A stretch of 55,297 nt of DNA, taken from a virus. The stretch lies in IMG/VR virus record IMGVR_UViG_3300037424_001778, positions 109,586-164,882 of that record, one strand, 5' to 3'. This document shows positions 9,876 through 19,573 of this stretch, piece after piece (positions within the stretch are counted from its first letter, which is position 1; every line of letters begins with the position of its first letter). The notes beneath the pieces were generated by a model that worked only from the letters and a program-made list of their open reading frames with translations, was not told where the DNA came from and did not search any database. The position numbers and the translations under genes are program-made.

Positions 9876-9946
9876 CCAAGTGGCAGCCATTCGTGGCTAA
9901 TTGGCCAGTGGTTTTCAATACTGTAATCTTTGGTCAGAGGTATTAA

Positions 9947-10933
9947 ATGGACGCTAGCTTCAATATTACTTACAAGCTGCTTGCTTTTGCTGACCCACAG
10001 CTCACGAGCGACCCGCGTCTTAAGCACGTTGACTGGACGCGTAACGTCAGCGGCATCCCCGTACGCAATCCCTCAGGGCCAGGGTATACTATTGCCCCCG
10101 GAGCAACCGTCAATATCTTCAGTGGCGTCAGCCCAACCACGCTAGACGGCACCACGACCTTTAGCTTTTCTCTTCTGCCCGTTGAAGGGGCCAGTCGGTA
10201 CCGCTTCACTTGGACCGGTGGCACCAACCCAACCCTACGTACGCCCCGCAACCTGACCCCTACCGGCATCGCTCTTACATTCACAGTCAACGCCAACGCT
10301 ACCGTCAGCGTCAGTTCTGCTTCGCCTGTCTTTGCTGGCGTCGTAGCTGGAGACGGAGTCTTCATTCCCCACACGACCACTGGTGATGCCCCGAACCTCA
10401 TTTCCGTCCTCAACGCTGGGTACTGGGTAGTCCTTGGCGTAACCGACACCCAAAACATCACGCTGGTCCGCCCGACAGGCCAAGAATTCGAAGCTGTGGG
10501 GGAAACTGTTACCCCCGCCTCCAACAGCCAATTCCGAGCCTACAGCGATGCTGGGGTGCAAGTAGACGACTCCGTAGACATCTCTCTCGGCTTCGCTCCT
10601 ACTGTCCAGACTACCTTCGACGTAGCTTCAGTCACTGATGCCTTCTTTGAAGTGGTCAGCACCGAACCCCTACCGAACCAAACGGGCATTCTCCCCACAG
10701 CAGCAGGTATGGTCTTCTACAACGCCCTCAAGCAATTCGTTTACATCGAGACCAGCCAAGAAATCGTCGTGCGCGTCAACGGAGATACAGGCAACTTCCA
10801 GCGCGTACAGCCAATCGACTCGTCAGACCAAATGAAGCCTGGCCCGTATATGCGCTGGGGCCCGACCTGGAGCCTTTCGCTCTACAACCGTTCGGCCGCT
10901 ACAGCTAACGTAACTATCATCTCTTTCGAGTAA
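9947..10933 (+). CDS. Putative virion structural protein (beta-rich)
   Basis: T/S/V/G-rich, lies between terminase and portal, TAATCT motif upstream. Confidence 0.55.
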   Translation: MDASFNITYKLLAFADPQLTSDPRLKHVDWTRNVSGIPVRNPSGPGYTIAPGATVNIFSGVSPTTLDGTTTFSFSLLPVEGASRYRFTWTGGTNPTLRTPRNLTPTGIALTFTVNANATVSVSSASPVFAGVVAGDGVFIPHTTTGDAPNLISVLNAGYWVVLGVTDTQNITLVRPTGQEFEAVGETVTPASNSQFRAYSDAGVQVDDSVDISLGFAPTVQTTFDVASVTDAFFEVVSTEPLPNQTGILPTAAGMVFYNALKQFVYIETSQEIVVRVNGDTGNFQRVQPIDSSDQMKPGPYMRWGPTWSLSLYNRSAATANVTIISFE

Positions 10934-10937
10934 GCCC

Positions 10938-13013
10938 ATGGCCCAAAAATCCGGCATCACCCTAGAGCTAACACCGTTCAAGCAAGACTTGCTGCAGAAC
11001 CTTGTTGGCGAGGGTTTGTCCAAAGCTCAAGTTTCCAAGAATGGCCGCAAGATGTCGCTGGAATTTGCCGACCCGGTCGGAGGGACTCTAACCAAAGAGC
11101 AAATTGCTCGGCACGACGAAGCCATGGCTGCCCATAGCCCGTTGGTCAAATCCGTACTCAACGTACTGAATGGTCCGGGCGATTCCATCGAGCGCCTAGC
11201 CTTCGAAGTACAGCCCTCGATGCAGAACCAGTTCCAGGGCTTGTGGAAGATGAAGATGCGTCTGTTGCCAGACGACATTCTCAAACGCATAGCCATCCAG
11301 GACTCACTAATCGCCGCAATCGCCAACACCCGGTCGAACCAAATAGCCGCCTTCGGCCGCCCGCAACCAGACCGATTCAGCACAGGCTTCCGAATCGAAC
11401 CTGAACCACACTACACAGAAAAGCTCGACGCCAAGAAGAAGGAAGAAATTCAAAAACGCGTGTCGGAAGTCGAAGCTCTTTTCATGACGTGTGGGGAAAC
11501 TACCGGCTGGGAAGACCAAGAGGCACTAAACCTTTCCCAATACCTTTTCCAATCTGCACGCAATGCCGTCATCGTTGGACGCATCGCGACTGAAATGATT
11601 TGGATTGACAAAGACGGCAAGCGAGTATTCCATGCGTTCCGGCCTATCGATGCCGGCACAATCTACAAGGCCGCACCCCAAAAGGAAACAGCCGAAGCTG
11701 TGCGCCGCAACGCACTGCACATGATTGAGTCCTTGAAGAACAAAGACCTGGAGCCTGAACGCTTCCAGAATGAATCCTATTCGTGGGTGCAAGTGGTAGA
11801 TGGTAGGCCCGTACAGGCTTTCGGGTCCGATGAATGTGTTTGTCACAACTTCTATCCGGTGCCTGATGTGGAGCTGGATGGGTACCCTGTTACGCCTATC
11901 GACACCATTATCGCCGACGTTACGATGCACATCAACATCGTAACCCACAACAAGCTCTATTTCGAGTCTGGCCGTGCTGCTCGAGGCATGATTGTCATTC
12001 AGTCAGAAGATGTCGATGAAAACGTAGTCGGGTTCGTTCGACAGCAATTCAACGCCAACATCAACTCCGTAGGCAAGTCTTGGCGAATGCCGATTTTCGG
12101 CATTGGGCCGAAGGACCAAATCAACTGGATGCCGATTGACAACTCGTCTCGTGACATGGAATTCCAGTATTTGTCTGACACGAACTCGCGGGTCATTTTG
12201 TCTGCGTTCCAGATGAGCCCAGAAGAGCTTCCTGGCTACGCCCACCTCAGCCGAGGCACAAACAGCCAGGCGTTGAGCGAGTCGAACAGCGAATACAAGC
12301 TAGAGGCACATCGCGATGTTGGCATCCGCCCTCTTCTAGCTCAATTCCAGAACTTCCTCAATGCGAAAATTCTCCCCCTTCTTGCTCCGGACCTGGCCGA
12401 TTTCTGTTCAATCAAATTTGTGGGTCTAGACGCAGATACTGCCGAAAAGGAGGCAACGCGCTTGATGCAGGACATGGGCGTACACATGTGTACCGACCAA
12501 GTCCTGGAGCAAGTCGAAAAGAAACCTATCGGCAAGCGCTTCGGCGGTCAATTTCTACTCAATCCTCAATGGCAAGCAGTTGTCGATAAGTATTTTCTTG
12601 TCGGCGACGTCATGGAGCACTTCTTCGGTATCGAGGGAGCATCAAAGGACCCCCGTTTCCAATTCGTCAATAACCCCAATTGGATGCAATGGCAGCAAAT
12701 GCAAATGGAAGTACAGCAAGCGCAAGCTCAGGCTCAACAACCCCAACAAGACCCGAACGCTCAACAAGACCCAAACGCACAGCAAGACCCGAACGCCCAA
12801 CAGCCGACCGACCTCACTAGGTCTATCGACCAACTATCTAGCCTTCTCACGAAGTCGGAAACGCACCTCCCTTGGTCCAAGCGCGCCCTCATCACCCACC
12901 AGCGCAAGCTAGTAGAAAAGGTGATAAATTCATTCGAGGAAGACGCCGAAGAGGCGTGCAAGGAAATAGTCAAAATCGCCCAAGAGCACTTGCCTTCGTC
13001 ATTGAAGAAGTGA
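10938..13013 (+). CDS. Portal protein
   Basis: RPIDAGTI, HNKLYFESGRAARG, SRDMEFQ, AFQMSPEEL, GIRPLL; position in the head module. Confidence 0.85.
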   Translation: MAQKSGITLELTPFKQDLLQNLVGEGLSKAQVSKNGRKMSLEFADPVGGTLTKEQIARHDEAMAAHSPLVKSVLNVLNGPGDSIERLAFEVQPSMQNQFQGLWKMKMRLLPDDILKRIAIQDSLIAAIANTRSNQIAAFGRPQPDRFSTGFRIEPEPHYTEKLDAKKKEEIQKRVSEVEALFMTCGETTGWEDQEALNLSQYLFQSARNAVIVGRIATEMIWIDKDGKRVFHAFRPIDAGTIYKAAPQKETAEAVRRNALHMIESLKNKDLEPERFQNESYSWVQVVDGRPVQAFGSDECVCHNFYPVPDVELDGYPVTPIDTIIADVTMHINIVTHNKLYFESGRAARGMIVIQSEDVDENVVGFVRQQFNANINSVGKSWRMPIFGIGPKDQINWMPIDNSSRDMEFQYLSDTNSRVILSAFQMSPEELPGYAHLSRGTNSQALSESNSEYKLEAHRDVGIRPLLAQFQNFLNAKILPLLAPDLADFCSIKFVGLDADTAEKEATRLMQDMGVHMCTDQVLEQVEKKPIGKRFGGQFLLNPQWQAVVDKYFLVGDVMEHFFGIEGASKDPRFQFVNNPNWMQWQQMQMEVQQAQAQAQQPQQDPNAQQDPNAQQDPNAQQPTDLTRSIDQLSSLLTKSETHLPWSKRALITHQRKLVEKVINSFEEDAEEACKEIVKIAQEHLPSSLKK
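12744..12803 (+). repeat. Three 18-bp tandem units encoding QQDPNA in the portal C-terminus
   Basis: caagacccgaacgctcaa-type units. Confidence 0.8.
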
Positions 13014-13025
13014 TAGAATAACAGC

Positions 13026-14456
13026 ATGGACAAACCTAAGAGGGGGTCCGTTCTTCTCCCTCCCAGCCTACAGCAAGAGTACCACCCCACAAAAAACACG
13101 ACCCCGGTCTCCAAGGTGTCTTTTGGAAGCGGAGTCAAGCGCTGGTGGCAGTGTGCGTTGGGCCACGAGTGGGAGGAAAGGCCAAACACAAGGACGACCA
13201 TGCTGACTAGTTGTCCTTATTGTTCCGGTAAGAGGGTATCGGAGAGCAACTCCGTTGCCTCCAAATTCCCGAACTTGGCCGCTGAATGGCACCCCCGCAA
13301 CCAACAGAAGGCCACCGAAGTGTCGTTCGGGTCACACACGCCGGTTTGGTGGGTCTGCGGAAAATGCGCTTACGAATGGGAAGTCGCCCCTAACAACCGC
13401 ACTAACCACGGAGGTCGCGGCTGCCCTGCCTGCGCTGGATTTGTGGTTACAAAAGATAACTCCCTAGCTACAGTCGCCCCACAGCTCCGAGCCGAATGGA
13501 GTCCCAAAAACACAAAGACGTTCAACGAAACTTGTTATGGTCATGACGACAAAGTGTGGTGGGTATGCGCTAGTGGCCACGAATGGGAGGCTGTTCCTCG
13601 TGGGAGGATTCGAGGCTCCCGCTGCCCCCTTTGCGCCTCTCACACCAAATTAGAGATAGGATTCGAAGTCCTGTTAGGCGCCGAGCGCTGGAACAAATAT
13701 GTCTTCCCAACACGGTCTGTATTGCCGTATAGGCCCGACGTCCGTCTGTCTGATACCGTGTTCGCCAATTGCGATGGCTTGTACTGGCACTCACAGCGAG
13801 AACGCCAATACCACTTGAAAATGCGCGAGGATTTTGTGGGTAGGGAGTTGAGACTGTTGCAGTTCTACGAGGATGAGGTCAAAGACAGACCTCAAATAGT
13901 TAAGTCTATGGTAGATGCCGTCTTGGGGCGTACGAAGAACCGTACTTATGCTCGTAAGTGTGTTGTGGTTGAGGTATCGGAGCCCGCCGGTGCTATCTTT
14001 TTGGATGCGAACCACATGATAGGTAGGTGCTGGCAATCCAGGTACCTAGGCCTAGAGCTACAGGGCTCATTGGTGCAAGTGATGGCTATTCGCATGACTG
14101 GAACCGCCATGGAAATTGTAAGGAGTGCTGGGCTATTGGGGAGTATTATTGTGGGCGGATTTCAGCGTCTGCTAGCAGGGGCCATAGATAGGTGGCGTCC
14201 GACAACAGTTACAACCTTGGCCGACTTGCGCTACGCTGACGGGCACAGTCTTGTGGAGTCTGGGTTTAGGCTTGACGGAATCAACCTCGGCTACCAATAC
14301 ACAGATGGGAACACTCGTAAAGACAAGCGATCTTTCAGGGTCCCGGCTGGAACCAATGAAGAAGCGGAAGCGAACCGTTTTGGGTGGTACCGTCTTTATG
14401 ATGCAGGTAAGGCGCGTTTCGTCCTTGACCTCCAGCAGCAAACCGAAGTAGAATAG
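13026..14456 (+). CDS. Zinc-ribbon repeat (DUF4379-like) Hef-like endonuclease
   Basis: Three WWxC..GHEW...CPxC repeats, PD...CDGLYWHS, and a YARKC..FLDANH C-terminal domain. Confidence 0.7.
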   Translation: MDKPKRGSVLLPPSLQQEYHPTKNTTPVSKVSFGSGVKRWWQCALGHEWEERPNTRTTMLTSCPYCSGKRVSESNSVASKFPNLAAEWHPRNQQKATEVSFGSHTPVWWVCGKCAYEWEVAPNNRTNHGGRGCPACAGFVVTKDNSLATVAPQLRAEWSPKNTKTFNETCYGHDDKVWWVCASGHEWEAVPRGRIRGSRCPLCASHTKLEIGFEVLLGAERWNKYVFPTRSVLPYRPDVRLSDTVFANCDGLYWHSQRERQYHLKMREDFVGRELRLLQFYEDEVKDRPQIVKSMVDAVLGRTKNRTYARKCVVVEVSEPAGAIFLDANHMIGRCWQSRYLGLELQGSLVQVMAIRMTGTAMEIVRSAGLLGSIIVGGFQRLLAGAIDRWRPTTVTTLADLRYADGHSLVESGFRLDGINLGYQYTDGNTRKDKRSFRVPAGTNEEAEANRFGWYRLYDAGKARFVLDLQQQTEVE

Positions 14457-14460
14457 CCGA

Positions 14461-14676
14461 ATGCAAGATGACTTCGGCAACGACATCGTAGAATTTCACC
14501 GTCGCTACAAGCCACTCCCTCCGGGATACAAAATCGTCCAACTTGACTCAGGACACTATTTGTGGGTCCTGGAGGGTGTCCACAAGGACACCGAAGGTTT
14601 CATGTCGTGGGACAAGTGGTGGGTGCGTCGGTGTGCATTTGCTCACCATGCAGCTAGCTTGACGCCAGAGATTTAG
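14461..14676 (+). CDS. Hypothetical protein
   Basis: Preceded by TTGACC-18-TAGAAT-6-ATG. Confidence 0.6.
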   Translation: MQDDFGNDIVEFHRRYKPLPPGYKIVQLDSGHYLWVLEGVHKDTEGFMSWDKWWVRRCAFAHHAASLTPEI

Positions 14677-14694
14677 GGTGATACCTTAGGGTCT

Positions 14695-15363
14695 ATGGAC
14701 ATCTTCTTGCCGTTCCAAAGCGACACTATTTCTGTAGTCGAAGACTCGTCGATACCAAAAATGCTCGCGTCATATGAATTCTCCGGAAAGCCGGGAATGT
14801 CTTTTGGTGTGCCGCGCTCCTTGACAGACATCGAAAACGTGGCCAAACTTAACCCCGGCAAGATTCTTCATCGCATCTCGATGCATCCAGACAATTTTGC
14901 CGTTTTGGCCCCGACCTTGCTCAACTACCAGTTTGGGTCAAAAGCAAATTACCCCGCAGCTTCGGTGCCCCTGCCCACCCCCAAGTTTCAAGTTGGCGAC
15001 GACGTCGTTTTCATTGGGACCAATAAGCATTGTCCAGTAGGGCAAATTGGGCGGGTGGGGTCTGTTGTGCCACTTAATAGCGCTAACATTTATTACTTTG
15101 ATGCTGGCCCCACCGCGCCAGGCATGTCACTTTGGTGTGCAGAGGCCGACCTGACGCCGACTCCAAGGTCCAATTCGGCTCCACTGCCGTTCCCAACTCT
15201 TGTTTCGTCAATGAAACCGCCGTACGTGATTGTGCCCAGCCGGTCCGTTATTATTGAAGACTTGGTCAACTCACCCAAGGTAGCCGCGAAGGGATGCCAG
15301 TGCGATATTCGGAATCTGATGTCGGTCGGCCATGACGCGGGGTGCCCAGACAAACGGCGTTGA
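14695..15363 (+). CDS. Hypothetical protein with an SH3-like FQVGDDV segment and a CxCDIRNL..GHDAGC tail
   Basis: Own sigma70-like promoter; tail shared with the next gene. Confidence 0.6.
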   Translation: MDIFLPFQSDTISVVEDSSIPKMLASYEFSGKPGMSFGVPRSLTDIENVAKLNPGKILHRISMHPDNFAVLAPTLLNYQFGSKANYPAASVPLPTPKFQVGDDVVFIGTNKHCPVGQIGRVGSVVPLNSANIYYFDAGPTAPGMSLWCAEADLTPTPRSNSAPLPFPTLVSSMKPPYVIVPSRSVIIEDLVNSPKVAAKGCQCDIRNLMSVGHDAGCPDKRR

Positions 15364-15383
15364 TGTGGTATAATCTACCCACC

Positions 15384-15638
15384 ATGGCCGACCACGTCTG
15401 GACTCCAACCCCCATCCCGAATCAAGAAAAATGCACCAAATGCGGTTGGTCGAGGTCTATATCTTCGACCATGTATGGTGCTTATCTTGCTGACGATGAC
15501 TGCCCTGGAGCCCAACTCACCACCCCCGACTGGAAGCAACTGGACTTCTACGATGAGCCCGTCTGCAAGTGCGACATCCGCAATCTTTTGTCGTCTGGCC
15601 ATGACGCCGGCTGCCACTACAAGCGGAGCCGCAAATGA
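15384..15638 (+). CDS. Small Cys-rich protein with a CxCDIRNL..GHDAGC tail
   Basis: ATG at 15384 after TGGTATAAT. Confidence 0.55.
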   Translation: MADHVWTPTPIPNQEKCTKCGWSRSISSTMYGAYLADDDCPGAQLTTPDWKQLDFYDEPVCKCDIRNLLSSGHDAGCHYKRSRK

Positions 15639-15795
15639 GCGTGTTTGCCGACAAGTGTCCTCAATGCGGCAGGGAGTATCGCAACTACAGCGATGTGAGG
15701 GCGTGGCGTAGGTTTTGCTCGGTAGGGTGTGAAGTTCGTTCGTGGCAAGACGAGCCAGACCAAGAGCCAGCAGCCCTTAAGAGGGGTAAAAAGTA

Positions 15796-16410
15796 ATGCC
15801 GCCCTCAAGAGAAAACAAAGAAAAAAACAAAGCCAGATTACAACAGATATGTGCGGAACGTGGCGGGGCCTGGCTATCAGCAGAATACATTCATACTAAT
15901 ATCAAGTGTATTTTTGAATGTAGGTTTGGCCATCGGTGGAGCACAAAGATCAAACAAATATTGAGAGGCCATTGGTGTCCTCTGTGCCAACATGAGGCGT
16001 CCAGACAGCAAAATACCATATATAAAACCCCAGAAGAACGACAAGCGGCTACGCGTTCTTCCTGGCGTAAAAATTCCAAAAAGGAGTCTTCGCGGCAAAA
16101 GAGAAAAAACCGATACGATGCGCTTTCCCCTGAAGAAAAAGAGGCTAGACAGCGTAAGTCAAAGTGCCGAAAATATGGTATAACATTACAGGAATACGAC
16201 GATCTTCTTCTGCGGCAAGGAGGGGTCTGTACTCTTTGTGGAGCTAAAAATCTTAGGGCGGGAGACAAGTATCTGTGCGTAGACCATGACCATATAACCG
16301 GTGATGTTAGGGGCCTGCTCTGTCATAGGTGCAATAGCGGCATTGGTTTTCTTAACGACGACCCAGAGCTATTAAGTAAGGCAGCCGCCTATATTAGGAG
16401 TCACAGATAA
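15796..16410 (+). CDS. Zinc-ribbon plus endonuclease VII-like HNH nuclease
   Basis: KYGITLQEY..QGGVCTLC..VDHDHITGDVRGLLCHRCNSGIG. Confidence 0.85.
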   Translation: MPPSRENKEKNKARLQQICAERGGAWLSAEYIHTNIKCIFECRFGHRWSTKIKQILRGHWCPLCQHEASRQQNTIYKTPEERQAATRSSWRKNSKKESSRQKRKNRYDALSPEEKEARQRKSKCRKYGITLQEYDDLLLRQGGVCTLCGAKNLRAGDKYLCVDHDHITGDVRGLLCHRCNSGIGFLNDDPELLSKAAAYIRSHR

Positions 16411-17180
16411 TGCGCCACACTCGCCTGTCGAAGGTCGCTATTAGGAATATAGAGTCTGCGGTTTCAGCGGTCTTCTCTAGAGCGGCGGCGCGCCTCCTGG
16501 GCCCCGCAGCCCAAGGCATCGATGGCAAGCGCTTAGCCTTCCGTTTCGACCCCCACACAAGTCTCACAGCCCTCTACAACATGGCCTCTAAGCATGAAGG
16601 AGTCGACCCCCGCGAGGAGATTCTGCGGTCCCTCCTGAAAATTGCTGGTGGTTATCTGAACGCGCACCGTGAAAGAGCCAAGGCACGGGTCGTGCAGGCA
16701 GTTCAGGCAGCTTTGGTTGATGCTCAGTCGGCCGGAGTCAAGACCAACCTCGAAACCGTGCTGGGTGGACAACTGGCAAATTTGATGCGGGACATCAAGT
16801 CCGACATCAAGACGATAGTCACGACCGAGGCCGTCAACACGACCAATACTAGCATTTACGATGCCATTGGCCGAGTCGGCGCAGTTACTGGTCGCAATGA
16901 CCCGACGGTGTACTTTGTTTGCATACACGATACTACATTATGCGACGAGTGTAAGCGTCTGCACCTCATGGACGACAAAGTCACCCCGAGGCTGTGGAAG
17001 ATGTCCGAACTTGGGTCTGGGTACCACACCAAGGGCGATTCTAATCCAAAGGTATCGGGACTGCACCCACATGAAAGATGTTTACTCACACATCTCATGC
17101 CCGGCTTTGGATTTGACGCATTCGGGCACGTTACTTACGTTGGGCAGGGGCACGACGAACTGGCCGCGCAGCGACCTTAA
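16410..17180 (+). CDS. MuF/gp7-like head morphogenesis protein
   Basis: IVTTE, LCDEC, GLHPHERC (HPxCRC-like); lies between portal and protease. Confidence 0.65.
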   Translation: MRHTRLSKVAIRNIESAVSAVFSRAAARLLGPAAQGIDGKRLAFRFDPHTSLTALYNMASKHEGVDPREEILRSLLKIAGGYLNAHRERAKARVVQAVQAALVDAQSAGVKTNLETVLGGQLANLMRDIKSDIKTIVTTEAVNTTNTSIYDAIGRVGAVTGRNDPTVYFVCIHDTTLCDECKRLHLMDDKVTPRLWKMSELGSGYHTKGDSNPKVSGLHPHERCLLTHLMPGFGFDAFGHVTYVGQGHDELAAQRP

Positions 17181-17231
17181 ATCGAAAGCCCCTTCGATGC
17201 CATAAAGGCCTCGACGGTGTCGGATTGGAGG

Positions 17232-17420
17232 TCAACTGGCTCGTCGATTTTCGAGAACCTTCTTGGCTTCTTTGAGCCACTTTACGAGTTGGTCAATTTC
17301 GTCGCGATAGAAGTTGTCTTCCATGTAGATAGCGAATTTCTCTCCGTCATCGCCGAGACGGGCCAAGCACGTCTTACCGCCAGGGGACATAAGGTCTGCG
17401 AGGGTCGTGGGCTTTTTCAT
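17232..17420 (-). CDS. Hypothetical protein
   Basis: Directly downstream of a repeated TTGACA promoter. Confidence 0.55.
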   Translation of the reverse strand: MKKPTTLADLMSPGGKTCLARLGDDGEKFAIYMEDNFYRDEIDQLVKWLKEAKKVLENRRAS

Positions 17421-17456
17421 GGATATCTATATGCCAGAGTCAGGATTGGATGTCAA

Positions 17457-17798
17457 CTACCGAAGCCGAAAAGAAACCAGCTCACCGCCAGTAGTACTGT
17501 AAACCACCTTCTTGACGCCATACCGACGCATGTACGCTTCGCACTCAGAACACGGCTTAGCCAGCGCCAAGCGCTTGTGGCCCATAGTGAATCGCAATGA
17601 GTAGACCGTCGTACCCTTACGCTCTGAAGGCCACAGCTTCTCGAGCGTACGGCACTCAGCGTGGTGGGAGCCCTGATTGCACTCCACAGCCAACAATACC
17701 CCGCCACGGGTAACTACCGCCACATGTAGGTACGAATTGTGGTCTGACTGGCTGGCGATTTCTCTCAGCAGCCTGATAGATATCGGGAGGGTAGGCAT
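17457..17798 (-). CDS. Zinc-dependent cytidine/nucleotide deaminase-like protein
   Basis: HHAE...AKPCSEC...GVKKVVYS. Confidence 0.8.
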   Translation of the reverse strand: MPTLPISIRLLREIASQSDHNSYLHVAVVTRGGVLLAVECNQGSHHAECRTLEKLWPSERKGTTVYSLRFTMGHKRLALAKPCSECEAYMRRYGVKKVVYSTTGGELVSFRLR

Positions 17799-17990
17799 TT
17801 ACTTGACCTTCTTGGTGGTCAACTTCTTGAATCCATCGCACTCGGGACCTTGGGTGAGGTCATAGTTGGCGTGGGGCGATTCGGCCTCGTGGGTCGCAAG
17901 AGTCGAACCGCACCTGGCGCAGACCTGGGTAAAATCAGTAGTCTCGTACCGGCCCGTGCTGCGCTCTCTGGGTTGGTGTCGGTGGCTCAT
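17799..17990 (-). CDS. Small Cys/His protein
   Basis: ATG at 17990 follows the repeated promoter; CARCG...H...C. Confidence 0.5.
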   Translation of the reverse strand: MSHRHQPRERSTGRYETTDFTQVCARCGSTLATHEAESPHANYDLTQGPECDGFKKLTTKKVK

Positions 17991-18030
17991 GGGTTTATAT
18001 ATGCCAGAGTTGAGGTTTAGTGTCAAGCGT

Positions 18031-18300
18031 TCAGAAGGGCATTTCTTCGTCTGGGTATTCGGCTCCATCCTCACACATTTGGTCCCATTCGGCCGGTGTC
18101 GTTCCGGTCATGAGAAATTCTCGGTCGTCATCGGACAGGTCAGGGAAGACTCGCTGGATAAACTCGCCCCCGGACCGCCATCTGTCATAGAGGGCCATCG
18201 GAACCGTGACGGAGTACTCTTGTCCGGTGACCTCGTAGGTCCCGCTCTTCTTAACGGTGTTGGTCGAGGGACTACGCGTAATTTGGATGTGTCTGCTCAT
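18031..18300 (-). CDS. Hypothetical phage protein
   Basis: GGAGG RBS; IQRVFPDLSDDDREFLMTG motif. Confidence 0.6.
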   Translation of the reverse strand: MSRHIQITRSPSTNTVKKSGTYEVTGQEYSVTVPMALYDRWRSGGEFIQRVFPDLSDDDREFLMTGTTPAEWDQMCEDGAEYPDEEMPF

Positions 18301-18312
18301 GGTTATACCCTC

Positions 18313-18543
18313 CTAATCGTAATGGACGATAAACAGCGACATGACAGCATCTTCAGCCCAACCCGGCAAATCGGCGTAATGCCCGTGCCAGCTTTCGTCG
18401 ATGCAGCCTACGACTCGACCCGGCGCGCAATACTGGACGGCCTTTTCGACCCAGTGGAGTTCGTTTGACTCCAAGCCGCTGGTGTCACCGTTGACGAGAG
18501 CTGATGCCAGAAACGCCGGGAGGACGACGGTATCGGTGGTCAT
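18313..18543 (-). CDS. Hypothetical protein
   Basis: LPAFLASALVNGDTSGL; ATG at 18543. Confidence 0.55.
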   Translation of the reverse strand: MTTDTVVLPAFLASALVNGDTSGLESNELHWVEKAVQYCAPGRVVGCIDESWHGHYADLPGWAEDAVMSLFIVHYD

Positions 18544-18714
18544 GGAGCCTTCTTGGTGAGCATAACGTATCCGCGAGCGGCCGCGCAACTGAACGGCACT
18601 TGGTGCAGTATTCCTGTATGATGGCAGCTACACCTAAGAGCGCACGATTTAGCGAAGGGGCATTCGGTGCGCGGGGGAATCTTGCCGTTGACGAGAAGGT
18701 TTTTGGTATCCATT

Positions 18715-18954
18715 TCAAGCCCTTTCGATTTCTTCCATCCAGAATGAATCTTCGCCCAGCTTCTTGTTCCAGAGTCGGACCATCGGGTCCTTGGGGGTGG
18801 CCCCGTTGTCGTCGTTGATGAATCCCACGACTTCGCCCTTCTTGCCAATCCACTTCGGGTTAATGGTGTCGTCTGTGGCCTTAACCACCTTGACTATGTC
18901 TCCGAGCTTCAGCGTTTCTGAGGTCGGCTTGACACCAAACCCTAACTCTGGCAT
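18715..18954 (-). CDS. Small SH3/KOW-like protein (start uncertain)
   Basis: LKLGDIVKVV...IGKKGEVVG. Confidence 0.45.
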   Translation of the reverse strand: MPELGFGVKPTSETLKLGDIVKVVKATDDTINPKWIGKKGEVVGFINDDNGATPKDPMVRLWNKKLGEDSFWMEEIERA

Positions 18955-18997
18955 ATAGAATGGAGGAATCAGTGTAATCTCTTACATCTAGAGCCCC

Positions 18998-19573
18998 ATG
19001 TCAAGCAAATTCATTATCTATGGCTTATTTGACCCACGCGATGGGCAACTGAGGTATGTGGGGAAAAGCGTCATAGGACTAAAGAGAGCCAGGGAGCACG
19101 CCTTTCCCGCCCATCTTAAGAACGATAAGTCTCATTGCGGTAACTGGATACGTTTACTGATAAGGCTGGGAATTAAATGCGGAGTGGTTCTTTTACATGA
19201 CGTCGGCGACCCCGAACTCTTGTCTGATGCCGAGATCTTCTGGATAGCGTATTTTCGTAAGATGGGTTACCCCCTTACCAACTTCCAGGATGGTGGCTTG
19301 GGGCGAGCCATTGGCACAAAAATGCCGCCCGAGGCTAGGCGGAATTCCTCCCTAGGAGCTTATCGTAGGTGGGGGACGCAACCGCCTCACAAAGATGAAG
19401 TAGTGTCTATGTATCTGAGTGGAGCGACTACAAGACAAGTCGCCGAGCGGTTCGGTTTGTCTACTGGCGGAACCTATACGCTGATAAAATCTTGCGGGGT
19501 CAAAATGCGTAATAAATCAGAAGCTCGGATCCTTTGGGCCACAAAAAAGTCGCACGGTGACGTTCCATGTTAA
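18998..19573 (+). CDS. GIY-YIG homing endonuclease with a C-terminal HTH
   Basis: IIYGLFDPRDGQLRYVGKS...AEIFWI...LTN..GG. Confidence 0.85.
   Translation: MSSKFIIYGLFDPRDGQLRYVGKSVIGLKRAREHAFPAHLKNDKSHCGNWIRLLIRLGIKCGVVLLHDVGDPELLSDAEIFWIAYFRKMGYPLTNFQDGGLGRAIGTKMPPEARRNSSLGAYRRWGTQPPHKDEVVSMYLSGATTRQVAERFGLSTGGTYTLIKSCGVKMRNKSEARILWATKKSHGDVPC

Noticed and set aside
17866-18468. 200-aa plus-strand ORF
   Set aside because: It shadows minus-strand genes that have RBSs and promoters.
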